DNA of 64,000 nucleotides from Trichoplax sp. H2. Its lineage: Eukaryota. How positions within the stretch are numbered: the first letter of the stretch is position 1; every line of letters starts with the position of its first letter. Under the pieces are notes generated by a model, which had not been told where the DNA came from, did no database searches, and saw nothing but the letters and a program-made list of their open reading frames with translations. The translations under genes were made by a program, and so were the position numbers. Positions 1-12,172 of the stretch are shown here, one piece after another. The DNA lies in contig NOWV01000013.1 of the NCBI GenBank assembly GCA_003344405.1, positions 62,001 through 126,000 of the forward strand, given 5' to 3'.

Positions 1-408
1 TGCCCTTTGTCAACTTTCAATATTTTTAATTTAAAGTAATCATACCAGTGGAAAAATTTGTCTAGCTAATAGAAATACAATCTTATATCATTTTCTATTA
101 ATCACTATTTGAAAATCTTTAACATACTCCTACTGTCACAAATGGATAGATGTTTTTCAAAATCGGTCGTAAATTGAAATCGACCAATATAGCTAGGAAT
201 GATTCCTTCTTAATTAATAAGCAAATTATGATGGCTTTACTCACTAATTTTATAAATCTTTCAAGCCGGTCACGGATTAAAGTCTACTATGACACTACTG
301 CGTCTGATTATGCGTTAAAGAGTAAAATTATTATGCCTATGCAAAGTATTTTTACATCAATGCAGTACAAATTTTAAGGACTTTATTACTCTTGATATTA
401 CATTTTAC

Positions 409-1438
409 CATTGCAATGGCAATTTCGACAAGAATAGGGATCCATTGTGATTGAATCAAGATCATTGATAATGTAGTTTGTAGTAAAATTGTGGTATTAA
501 ATGAGTCTATATCAAGTAATACGTGAGATCGCATTGGACGAAAGCGGCAATATTTCACAAAAAGGAATTGGCGATGTAGGGCACCTGAAAGTTTCAACTA
601 CTAGAAAGTAAAATATTAATATAATTTATCGCAGCTGGTAATACTTAGTGTAAGGTGGCGTGCTACATTTTTTAGACGTTCTTTGCAGCTCTTAACGATA
701 CTATTATTGCATTCCTGTGGAGCATTCTAGATAATATTTAACTTATTATCGTAGAAAAGATGAGAAATTCCTAATCATTGCCATGTTAATCGCAGTATTA
801 ACGGTTTACTATACTCAGAAATATTATCTACTGATGATGCTATGTGCATTATATATATATATATGTTACGGCCATTCCTAAGAATGATTTTGTCCTTAAA
901 ATTGGTCACGGCCAATGCTAAGACTGCGGCCATTCTTAGAAATAACAATCAAATGACCGGTCATTCCTAGGAATAATGGACCATTCCTAAGATTGGCCGG
1001 AAATTCTTATAAGAATTATAAATAAATTCAATCTAGTGAGATAGAAGACATTGGTAAAAGGCTATAAAGCCAATTTAAATTAAAACAGATGAGATCTAGC
1101 TCCTATTCACGTAAAAAATTTTACTTATAAAAGATATTGATTAACAGAACCATGTGCGAGCTGATTAGTTATCTAGAAAAAACTTATCTCAAGCGGTATT
1201 TATGTCAAGCTATGATAACTTTAAAGTTAAAGATGTCGAAAATCTTCGTGCGGAATAAAAAGAACGAAATTGAATTGGCTTACCTTTGAACTTGGTACGA
1301 CTAAGTCTTCTTTAAATAGATTATAGCGTAGTTATTGAAACCTTATATAGAGCGCAGTTATTTGGAACTGATTAGTTTAACACTATTCATCAGAATATAT
1401 AACCAGTACTTTATTGCCGAGTAAATTCCTTTGATGAC
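409..1438 (-). pseudogene. Decayed multi-exon coding relic of unknown family
   Basis: Three putative exons (1284-1438, 645-726, 409-600) have AG/GT boundaries and compatible phases. They read ...LRYNLFKEDLVVPSSK|NAPQECNNSIVKSCKERLKNVARHLTL|IVETFRCPTSPIPFCEIL...DPYSCRNCHCN, with about 5 in-frame stops in the outer exons. Confidence 0.35.
869..1016. repeat. Cluster of about 4-5 degenerate ~17-bp units (CGGCCATTCCTAAGAAT-like) next to a (TA)n run
   Basis: Units start at about 869 (cggccattcctaagaat), 927 (cggccattcttagaaat), 958 (cggtcattcctaggaat) and 979 (gaccattcctaagatt). The (TA)n run lies at about 850-862. Confidence 0.7.
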
Positions 1439-4400
1439 CTAATGGTATGACAACAATTCATGAGCTATAACGTAATTCTCATCATTTCGATAATATCTGT
1501 TTGTTTTCTGCTAATTTTCTGATAGGTCATTAATCCTATTGGTTGCCATCTATCTCATTATGCACTCGAACTTAGCAACTCCAATATAAGCAATAAAGGA
1601 CGAGATTATTCTTCCAATTCTGTTAACCACACCCTATGTTAGGACTTCCTCTATTTATTCTAAGATGCAGAACAAATTCTTTAACGATAAAATTAGCAAT
1701 TCATTATTTATGAATTTTACTTAGAATGCATAGATACGACACTTATCTGTACTACTTGTGTTTATGCTAAAACTAGTACTATTCAATCTTCTGCATAAAA
1801 CAAAACTTTTATAATTAAGTTGATACTTTATTTACTTTATTCTGCCACTAATAACTACTAAGTATTGATTAAATAACACAGAAACGACAGATATAATTTC
1901 ATGGATTAGCTATTACAGCATCAGACATTATAACGAGGTAATGACAACAAATTACAGCTATAATTATCATTGAGAGCAGTCCTTAACAGTTTTTATAATT
2001 AACCATTCCACATCTAATTGCATGTCCTTGATCCTAACTCGTATATTCTTACACGAATCAAGATATCAATATGATCTGCCTATGTATGAATTCATGGAAA
2101 AATCTCAAGTTGATGAAGTAGCAACACCATATTTATTAGTTAGTATGTAGACCACAGAATCTTTTGTCTATCTCGAAAGGCTAAGCAATGAATTTGGATC
2201 TAGTTTCTTCAACAAAATTCAATTTTCAAAAACGTGATAAAATACTTAATAATGATGCCGCATTTTTGTACGGTAATTGTTGTCTGTACCCATACCGCAT
2301 TGAAAAATGGATAATAATTGATAGTCTCAATAATTGCCTCCATTACCCGAAATAAAATGCGACAATTTGAACATGAACTGACATAGAGCCAAGGTTAGCG
2401 ATATTATCAATGAGAATGGAATGCTGTGTTAAGATAGTCTGTCTTGTGACCTATTAAGATAATATAACAATACTTTTCTATATATTCGTGTTTGTATATA
2501 TGCATACTTATCATCGTGTAATTCAGACTTATTGATAGGAACATTAGTAAATTGAAAATTAAAGAAAACTTGAAAAAATTTCGATAGCTAAGTAACAGTG
2601 CATAATTACCTAATTTTAAATTTAAATTAAGACATATGGAATATCAATTGGATCTTTTACCAAAGTGTTTTAGCAAAGGAAACAATTTTTTGTGGAAAAT
2701 GGCAAAGTATCAGCAAGATCAAGATTATAGGAAACATGACAAAATTACCACATTCAGTGAAACGACCATCTTAAGGTAATTTAAATGGCATTGAAGCGTA
2801 CTGCAAAGATAGCAAAGTTTAGATATTTCCGAACTAAAATAGGGTTTGAGCCAAAACACTTATCTCCTAGAACTTACAATCTTTTTGAGTTCTTGCATTA
2901 GTCAATTGACGTACTCTAGTCCTTAGCTCTCCTGAATCATTTTGCAATGGCTTATATCTTGATATCTTTGCATTTAATTTAGATATATCACTTGATTTGA
3001 GCCTATTTTATTTAATTTTGGAAATGTGCTAATTAAATTTATCATCTAGAATTGTAAACTAAGGCTTGAAATTAATTCAAGATCATCCAACAAAGTAAAT
3101 AATATCTTAGCCATGCCTTTTAGCATAAAGAACATGAGGTACAGTACTAATATATTGAAATGCATTTAACGTTTTACTTATTCACTTAGTATTTCCTGTT
3201 ACTACTATCGTTCATTTTCCTTTAATTGATGACAGTATCCCAGAGTTTGTATTAACAATTATTTTGAGATCTATAACTCAAAACAAGGATAAAGTAGGCG
3301 ATCATATGCAATTCCTTAAACTTTAACATGGTTTTACCACCTAGTTAACATGCTAATCGCTATATCTTGTGTACAACAAATTATATTATGATAAAAATTC
3401 ATAAATAAGTATCGCTTTAAACTTGCTCTCCATAAATCATGCATATAATTGTCGAGGTAAACTATTAGATAGATAAATAGGAGTAATCCAATTATCAGAT
3501 CTCAATTAGATCGATAGCTGTTAAAATATTTTCAGTAATTTCGCGTCTTGAACTACTACTGACAATTCACGAGCTCGATTAAACTTACTGCGGCACCTAG
3601 GTAGGCATTTTAGAAGAACTTAAAAATAATAAAATTATACATAAATTTAAAGAGGGATGATTAACTACCTAATATACTACTAATTAAATATCGAACACAA
3701 AACTATGAACTTAATAATAAGTATAAACATTCAATCTATTTATCAATATTAACTCATCTTTGAAAGTTATAGAATCAGTTCAAAATTTGCTCGGCTTATT
3801 AATTTAATAACGATTGATAACATTCGCTAACCTCTTACAAGACGAAGCGTCTATGACAGACTGATACAGATTACGAAATATGATTACTGTATATCGTAAC
3901 CTTCAATGGGAGAATTGAGTTGAATTTTAAACACAGTTTACGCTTTAATTTAAGGATAGAATTGATTTATGAAATCAAATTTGAAACTGCCATAATTACC
4001 GCTTGACAGATTATGCAATATAACTTCAATGTAATGTATATGGCCTACAGTACATATCGAATCCCTAAATAGAAGAATTAAATTCAACTTCAAGTACGAT
4101 AGTCTGTCATTTAATTTTAAGGATACCATTTGATTTGCTTAACCAACTAGGAACTATTATATCCAGCTAAGTATCTCAATCTAACAACGAATACCAATAA
4201 TGTTATCATAGAATTATTTTTTTAGTAAACTTCTCTACTTAGCAATTCATAACCTGGAAAATTTTGATCACTATGCAGCATATCTTGCAATGAACAGGTG
4301 GTATGATATATAATAATACGGATTAGATATTAAATTTAATTTAATTGACAATTCTATCGAAAAATATATGTAAGGTATAGAAATTGCAGCTTGTAGCACA

Positions 4401-6360
4401 CTAAGTACGGTAATTTGAGGTTGGCATAAGGGTTTCTATATCCAAAAATATGATTTTAAAGATGGTCCGACTTTAAAGCTATGGCGATCTTGTCTCAATC
4501 ATTTGCTCTTAGCGCAAATATGAGAGACAACCAATCATATAACAGACATTCTCTAACTTCTACGCTGAAAGATCATCATAAGCTGTGTCCAATGACACCT
4601 TCTATTTATGCAATTGCCTAGCTATAATTAATTAAACTATCTTCTATAGATGATTGAAATGCAGCCCCAAATATAGCTAGGATTATGATTGTAAGACTGC
4701 ACGAGAGTAGTAATACTCGTTTGTTAGATTATATGATTTTGAAGATATCTATTTGTAGCAGAGGTTTATATACGTATTGGCTTGATACTATTGAGATGTT
4801 TATATTAAGACTTCATGATAGTAATAGATAGCGATAATTATGTTAGTACTGTGAAAGTTGCATTGCGGCGCTTTAATTAGACGCGTAAATAATGAATAGC
4901 TCGCGTGATGATAAAGTGTTATCTTACGACTTAATTGGCAAGATATGATTGCAATGTGTAAAATTTATTCTGTAACAAAGGGTATATAAACCGCGAGCTT
5001 TCGCTGTAAAAGATAATCCGGAGATAGTCCTATTGAAGCTAGATAGTCCTTGGTAGTTATGAGACGAATCTGATCCTATGTAATGAAGTGAAGTTTACAA
5101 GAAACAGTGGTTTGTATTGTATTTTTAAGAAGACACTTTATCACAATGATATAGATTGATGTAGTAGTAAAGATTATGTCTTTGCTCTGCAAGTAAGAAT
5201 TGTTACATCTACGACGTATTCATGGTCCCTGAATACGATAAATAAGTTGTACAGTAATTTCAGCAAATCATAGTAGTAACATGAAGTTTGTTAGCGCGAA
5301 GGAATTACAAAACCCATCCACTACTAAACATTACTAGTAGAGAATCTCTTTTTTATCTTTTTCTCGACATTATAAACTATACTACTAATCATAATAAACG
5401 ATCATAACCAAGATATGTTTATATATAAAAAAATATGACGACTACTTAGACTAACTATAAGTATTAAAAAGAGTTCATGATAAAGAACACTATTTAGTAA
5501 TAGTGTAAGTCATTCATTTCCATTTTCTCAAAACTATGGAGTTTAATTAGTAATATTGATGCAAAACTGCAGCAAATGAACATCCAGTAAATCACGCTGT
5601 AATAGTGATTAGAAAATTTAACGTTAAAAGCGTTTAAATTTAAAGTTTAAATTGCTTCAAAAATTAATCAGTCCTTCTTTGCAAAATGTTCATACCAACT
5701 CCTATGTATACTGCTATTGTGCGTTTCTTTTACCATTACCTAATGACATTCTTACTCTGATTAAACTGCCTCAAGTTAATGGTTTATAGTACGGAGATAA
5801 AAATATATCTGGTAGATCTCAAAAGTGGTTTTTAGACCATAATAGTTTAAGAAGTAATTGAAACATTCTTTAGCCAAAATTTTAAATTTCCATTGATTTT
5901 CAATGGTAATAGATAATCGATAGGCAAAATTGAGCTAATCGTCGCTTAATAATGTGCAGTAATTATTATCACAAAATAAATATAGCAATGCAAACAGTTC
6001 AGCTAGATCAATTTATTACATATGTAATTACATCAGCTGAATGATATTAATTGATTCTAGGTATAAACTATTCATTTAATAAAGCTATCCGAATTTTACG
6101 AAATCTTAAAATATTATTAAAACTGGAAAGCTAGAAATTAAACACATGTATACAAATACAGGAATACCGAAGCCTACTTCAATTCTCGTTAAACAAATAC
6201 TAGTAAATTAAATATTCATTCCTTTCATCAGATGTATGGTGAGGACATCTAACTGTGGAATAATACATTAATCATCGAATTTATATCCTTATATCTAAGA
6301 CTTGCTATCAATACTTTTAATTTAAGATTAAGCAAGAAAGATTTACTAATCGTTTTTTGA

Positions 6361-8410
6361 CTACTTTTTCACCACACTCGTATAATATATCATGCAGAAA
6401 GATGCTTTAGATAAAAAAGCTAAAAGAGAACAAATTACGTAAAATAGGAAAGATCCAAGGACAACTGTGGATGCATGGTTAGTATGTTTTTGGCTGGAGG
6501 GACCATTGATTTGGCTAGGAGGAGCATTGGTTTGGCCACAAGGATTATAAACTGGCGCGTTTTGATCAGGAAACATATGGCAGTCAATATTGTCTCTGAA
6601 AGCTGCTTGAGAAGTGCTTAATAAACTAGACCAAGCAGAAATATGATCTTAGAGATGATGATTTATCCGTTCGATTAGGTAAACAAAAATGAAAAATATA
6701 CACTTTGCAGTATGAAAATTCTCTCTTCTTGATCGAACGTATTAATATTACTACTATAACGATTAGTTACTTACCAATTAACAGCAGAATTGCACTCTTG
6801 CCTACTCACTGAACCAAGCAGTTTCTTTTTATGGCTGCTACAAAATGGCACTTTGTGACACAAGAGACTTATCCACTTATTAGTGCAGCTAGCTGAAACT
6901 CCACTGCTCTGTAAATCTGATACAGCCTTACTGATAGCAGAATCTTCATTCGGTAGATTAGGTATCAACCAAGTTGGAAAGGTAATATTGACAGGCAATG
7001 CTTGGCAATAGAGCTAATTGAGTGAGCTCGCCTATATTTTGCACATGTTGTTAAACTGATAGTTTTTCCTGACATACGACATATCTGATTCTGCGATTGG
7101 CTGACTGAATTTCTAATGCTGGCCGGACATGCACTAAGCTTACTGCAGCTACTAGCAAAGTTTGCATACGTAGCAGTAGAAGAATCACTAGAGCATCTCG
7201 GATAAACTCTATTACATATAAGGCTCTTTATAGCACTACTGCAGGTATTTCCTATTATCTCTTCTACACGAGAGAAAACGTTTGCTACAGCTTCTACAGA
7301 TTTTTGGTTTCGTTTACTCATGATTGTTGGAGCATGATAGTTTATATCGCAAAAATTTCTGACAATCCCATTTGGTAAACTACATGAATTTATATTGCTT
7401 TCCACATAACTCTTTGCAAAAGTTATTAAGCTCCTTCTGTCTCTAATTTCCTGCAAAAGCAATAAAATCTTATATCACATAAAAATTACCGTTATCAAAA
7501 TCATCATGTAATAGAGCTGCATAGAAACGTTTCTCTTTTCTTCGTATAACCTACTTAAAGTTATGTACTGAATTGCCGCTGGAAATAAGTTTTGGTCAAA
7601 GCTAAGAATACTGCAATCGCTTAAAGCATAAATTCAATCAACTGGTAAAGATATGTTCTTTATGTCATAAATTAACTACGGTAATTTTCAAGCTTCATTT
7701 CTACATCGAATTTCTCAAGTGAATAAGGATTGCAGTGCAATTCTCGCAGTAATATACGTGTTATAATCGTATGTAAGCAAGAAATTCTTCTTCCTATCGA
7801 TATTTTATATATATTTACCAAACATCGACCGTGTATAACTAACTAGAACAGATTACAAAGTGTATCGGTTTATGGATTACCAATTCCTGATTAAAATGTA
7901 TGTTTAGCATTTTACATTTTTAAATACCTGAAAAGCATTTTAGAAGGGATAACTATTTACATAGCTAAGGATGCAATAATTTAAGCGTTGCTATACACTA
8001 AAAGAAAGATTTACCCAAACAAGAAGATCTTCATAGTGAAACAATTATAAGAGTATTAACCGTTTATTATCCAAGAAAAAGTAATGGATGCTATCAATTG
8101 GATGTAATCATACAAACTACCGTTATTAAATCGACAAGGCAAAATTAAAAAATAAATTAATGAACTTAATCACCACACTCTTTCTATACAATAACAGTCT
8201 ATATTCATGTAGAGCCCTTGTCAAATATCTTACTGTGATAGCAGCATTCTCTTCATCTTCCTTCTGCATATTGTGAATATCTTTAGCAATTAAACTCATG
8301 ACTTTATCTACCAATTCATCATGTGCTTTCATTACGCTCATGAATGGATGAAAGCCATCTGCATGATATAGGATAGAAAATATTATCAATACAGGACATT
8401 CCGCCTTCAT
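6361..8410 (-). pseudogene. Double FZ-CRD-like, GPI-type family, copy A (disrupted). Exons 8234-8410, 6775-7450, 6361-6625
   Basis: Same 3-exon layout and phases as copy B. Exon 2 is 676 nt versus 677 nt in B and C, giving a 1-nt frameshift near 7030. In the restored frame there is a TAG at 7014-7016, and the last exon reads past the position of B's stop. Signal peptide MKAECPVLIIFSILYHADG; RDRR site. Confidence 0.8.
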
Positions 8411-9378
8411 CTTGATCCAATTTTGAACGATCGAGCTGTCTATATCGAAAAATTGACGGTTTAACTGAAAATTTAAAAAGAATAACAATTATATACGCCA
8501 ATAAAATATATAATTTATTTTTACAATAGTTGATTACCCTAACTTTAAATTGTGTACTCTTTTAATATAGTTAATCATATTATATTGCAATGTAAAACTT
8601 GACTATTTTCTTTGTCTTAAAATAAAATTAAAGAATTTTAAAAATAATACAATCAGTCTTTTTTTTAATATATTCTCTACGTACTTTCGCCTCTAGAAAG
8701 ATGTCAATGATTTTCTTAATTAATTGTAATTATCTATAGTTCCATTACCCTACCGAAAGTGCACCAATATAGCATGAGATTAAGTCATGTTAAGAACGGA
8801 TTCCATTCACATTTGGTACGGATTAGTTATACTGTATAAGAATTCATAGAAGAAGAATGACAGTAAGCTAAGGAGTCTTGCTATACAATGTTCAATTATT
8901 GCCTGATTAATCGCTTTAACCCACTGTATATAAGCCGGTTCATTTTCTAATAACAAAGGCATAATTTATAAATTTTATAGTTCTACTAAAGCTACGTCAT
9001 AGTCGTTGAGTGCTAATGATAAAATAGATTTATGCATAAAGCGAATATTGATATTTTGTCTATGCTTTCCAGTTGAAAATCAATTCGATCAATTACTGTA
9101 TATATAATGTGGGAAGCAAACATAGCAGATCAGTTAATATTGTTGCACCGAAATTGATGCTTCCTTTGATATTATTAATATGAAAGCATACCACAAGCGT
9201 CTGTTTTCTCTAAATCAAGGAATTCTTTAAAAAATCGACTAATTCTTATCCAGACACGTTGAATCATAGGCTATCACACAAAAGTTGTTTAATTCATAGG
9301 ACAATAACTTGCTTGACAGTATTTATCTAAACGAGAGTGAGAGGACACACAAAAGATTAAGAATAAGAAGCCTGGTTC

Positions 9379-9453
9379 CAATTGTCCGAGAATAGGACAA
9401 AAAACCGAAAGTAAACCAATTGTCCGAGAATAGGACAAAAACCGAAAGTAAAC
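9379..9453. repeat. Two tandem copies of a ~38-bp unit
   Basis: caattgtccgagaataggacaaaa(a)accgaaagtaaac occurs twice in a row. Confidence 0.9.
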
Positions 9454-10022
9454 TGTAAAATCTTCATATATTTAATAAAGCAACGCGAAAGAATACAGGT
9501 ATCCTTGAACAATTCTGATACTGCTAAATGAAAATCCTATTTATTGATTATTAATCTTGATGATATAGTATTTTCTAAAATTAATATTAGCAATGACGGA
9601 TCAATTTTTAATAACTTTTTCTACAAAATTATAACTGTGAAACCTTACTATTGATCATGGATGAGGTTTGATCAGTGCTTACTGCTATAGTATCCACGTC
9701 GTGGTTTGATGTCAAATTACGGAATACAGTGTTAAAGCCTAATATTATGAATCATAATTGCACGATTCACATTCTTCTACTAATTATAGTGCTGCACTTT
9801 CTAGCTTGCATCAAAAATCGAATACAGCAAATATTTCTAGTAAAAACGTTAGGTAAAGAGGATTTTAATCGTGAATACATATTCTTAACTAAGGATCAAT
9901 TATTATGTATAATTTGTTTCAAGAGAATAATATAGCTACTATGGATTTGCAGGAATGTCTGCATAAGTAAATGCAACCTCCATTGGTACAGTTATTAAAC
10001 TTACTATCCAGCTATGCACTCA

Positions 10023-11566
10023 GAAATCAATCCAAGGATGATAAAATTTTTCCACAGTTGTAATAAGAAAAATAAACTTCCCAATATATTACAAAGGGAA
10101 TATTGAATATCGAATGTCAAATTATGAACTCAATGATAATTATAAGCATAAGCATTGCATGTATTGATCACTATGAACCCTTTTTTGAACATTATAATCC
10201 ATTCAAAATTTATGTCAACTTATCAATTGAAGAATCGGTGATAATATTTGCGTACACCATTTAAAATATTTCATATATTGATCACTGTGAATCCTTCTTT
10301 GAGCATTATAATTTGTCCAAAATTTATTTCAATTTATGAATTAAATATTGTAATATTAATTAATTAACATACCGTATATGTTATATTCCTATATAGAAGA
10401 ATGATTTTAACTTTAGTTAGATACAACAGTAGAATTTTATTGTGTATCAAGGAGTACTACAACACTATTCCAGTTCAATAGAGCTTTATTTTCATCGTGT
10501 ACAATATTGTGAGAAATTATTAAATAAAGTAGAGAGTCTTCTTTCGTAATTCTTTCNNNNNNNNNNNNNNNNNNNNGAAATCAATCCAAGGATGATAAAA
10601 TTTTTCCACAGTTGTAATAAGAAAAATAAACTTCCCAATATATTACAAAGGGAATATTGAATATCGAATGTCAAATTATGAACTCAATGATAATTATAAG
10701 CATAAGCATTGCATGTATTGATCACTATGAACCCTTTTTTGAACATTATAATCTATTCAAAATTTATGTCAACTTATCAATTGAAGAATCGGTGATAATA
10801 TTTGCGTACACCATTTAAAATATTTCATATATTGATCACTATGAATCCTTCTTTGAGCATTATAATTAGTCCAAAATTTATTTCAATTTATGAATTAAAC
10901 ATTATTAATAATAATTAACTTATGCTATTTAATATGAAACTTTTATGGCAGACTGATCAGAACATTAAATATTATAATATTAATTAATTAACATACCGTA
11001 TATGTTATATTCCTATATAGAAGAATGATTTTAACTTTAGTTAGATACAACAGTAGAATTTTATTGTGTATCAAGGAGTACTACAACACTATTCCAGTTC
11101 AATAAAGCTTTATTCTCATCGTGTACAATATTGTGAGAAATTATTTAATAAAGTAGAGAGTCTTCTTTCGTAATTCTTTCTTATATTTATAGAGAACAAT
11201 AACTGAAGTTTATCGATTATTTGCTGTTAGCTTAGGTAGAAAGAGACAATCAATCCTATGTCAGATAGCGCAACGTATGCTATAATTTATATGCATATTG
11301 ATCACACCNNNNNNNNNNNNNNNNNNNNTCAAGGAGTACTACAACACTATTCCAGTTCAATAGAGCTTTATTTTCATCGTGTACAATATTGTGAGAAATT
11401 ATTAAATAAAGTAGAGAGTCTTCTTTCGTAATTCTTTCTTATATTTATAGAGAACAATAACTGAAGTTTATCGATTATTTGCTGTTAGCTTAGGTAGAAA
11501 GAGACAATCAATCCTATGTCAGATAGCGCAACGTATGCTATAATTTATATGCATATTGATCACACC
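10023..11566. other. Two 20-N assembly gaps (10557-10576, 11309-11328) with near-identical duplicated flanks
   Basis: 10023-10556 matches 10577-11180, and 11071-11308 matches 11329-11566. Each second copy starts exactly at a gap. The copies differ by a few SNPs and one ~65-bp indel. Confidence 0.9.
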
Positions 11567-11850
11567 ATTATTTTGCCACATTACATTTTTTTCTACATAG
11601 AAATGTTAATGATTAATTACAAACATTCATAATTATATTTGCTGTCAATGGAAAATATTTAAATTGTGAAACGAGATTAAGCAATGTCAGGAATACATGC
11701 CATTCATATTACGTACCATATGAATTAGAACTGTAATAATGACGATAACGTAAGAAAAATTAAGTAAATTGGATATACAGCAACAGTATTAACTATTTTC
11801 CTGACAAGCCACATAGTTGGTTTGCGATTAAGCGTTTAAATTTATAGTAG

Positions 11851-12172
11851 GATATGAGCTAAGCGTGCGACAGATACTAGCAAAATTTGCATACGTAGTA
11901 TTAGAAAATTTATTTGAGTATTTCGGGTAAGCTCCATTACATAAAAGGTACTCAACAGCATTGCTACAGGTAGTGTGCTTCCTATGATAGCTTGCGCGGT
12001 AGAAAAAGTACTCGCTACATATTCTATAGATTTTTGATATCGTTTAGCCTTAATAGTTGGAGCACGGTAATTTTAACCGTAAAAATATCTGATCATAATA
12101 TTAGGTAAACTACATGTATTTAAACTACTCTCCACATTTTGCAAATGTCAATACTCTTCTTCTCTTTAATTT
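11851..12172 (-). pseudogene. Relic of the first half of exon 2 of the FZ-CRD-like family
   Basis: The minus strand reads, across frameshifts and stops, VESSLNTCSLPN...YRAPTIKAKRYQKS...TCSNAVEYLLCNGAYPKYS...TTYANFASICRTLSSYP. This is collinear with copy A (VESNINSCSLPN...YHAPTIMSKRNQKS...ATYANFASSCSKLSACP). Confidence 0.85.

Noticed and set aside
869-1016. Short spaced repeats resembling a CRISPR array
   Set aside because: Units are degenerate and only ~17 bp, spacing is irregular, there are no cas genes, and the context is eukaryotic.
8126-8488. ORF-track starts and ends for this and other exon-containing ORFs (e.g. 35986, 57971, 60883)
   Set aside because: They run through intron or UTR sequence. 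Splice-based coordinates were used instead.
10023-11566. Apparent 240-600-bp direct repeats as a biological duplication or LTR pair
   Set aside because: Each second copy starts exactly at a 20-N gap and the copies are near-identical, which is typical of unmerged overlapping contigs or haplotypes.
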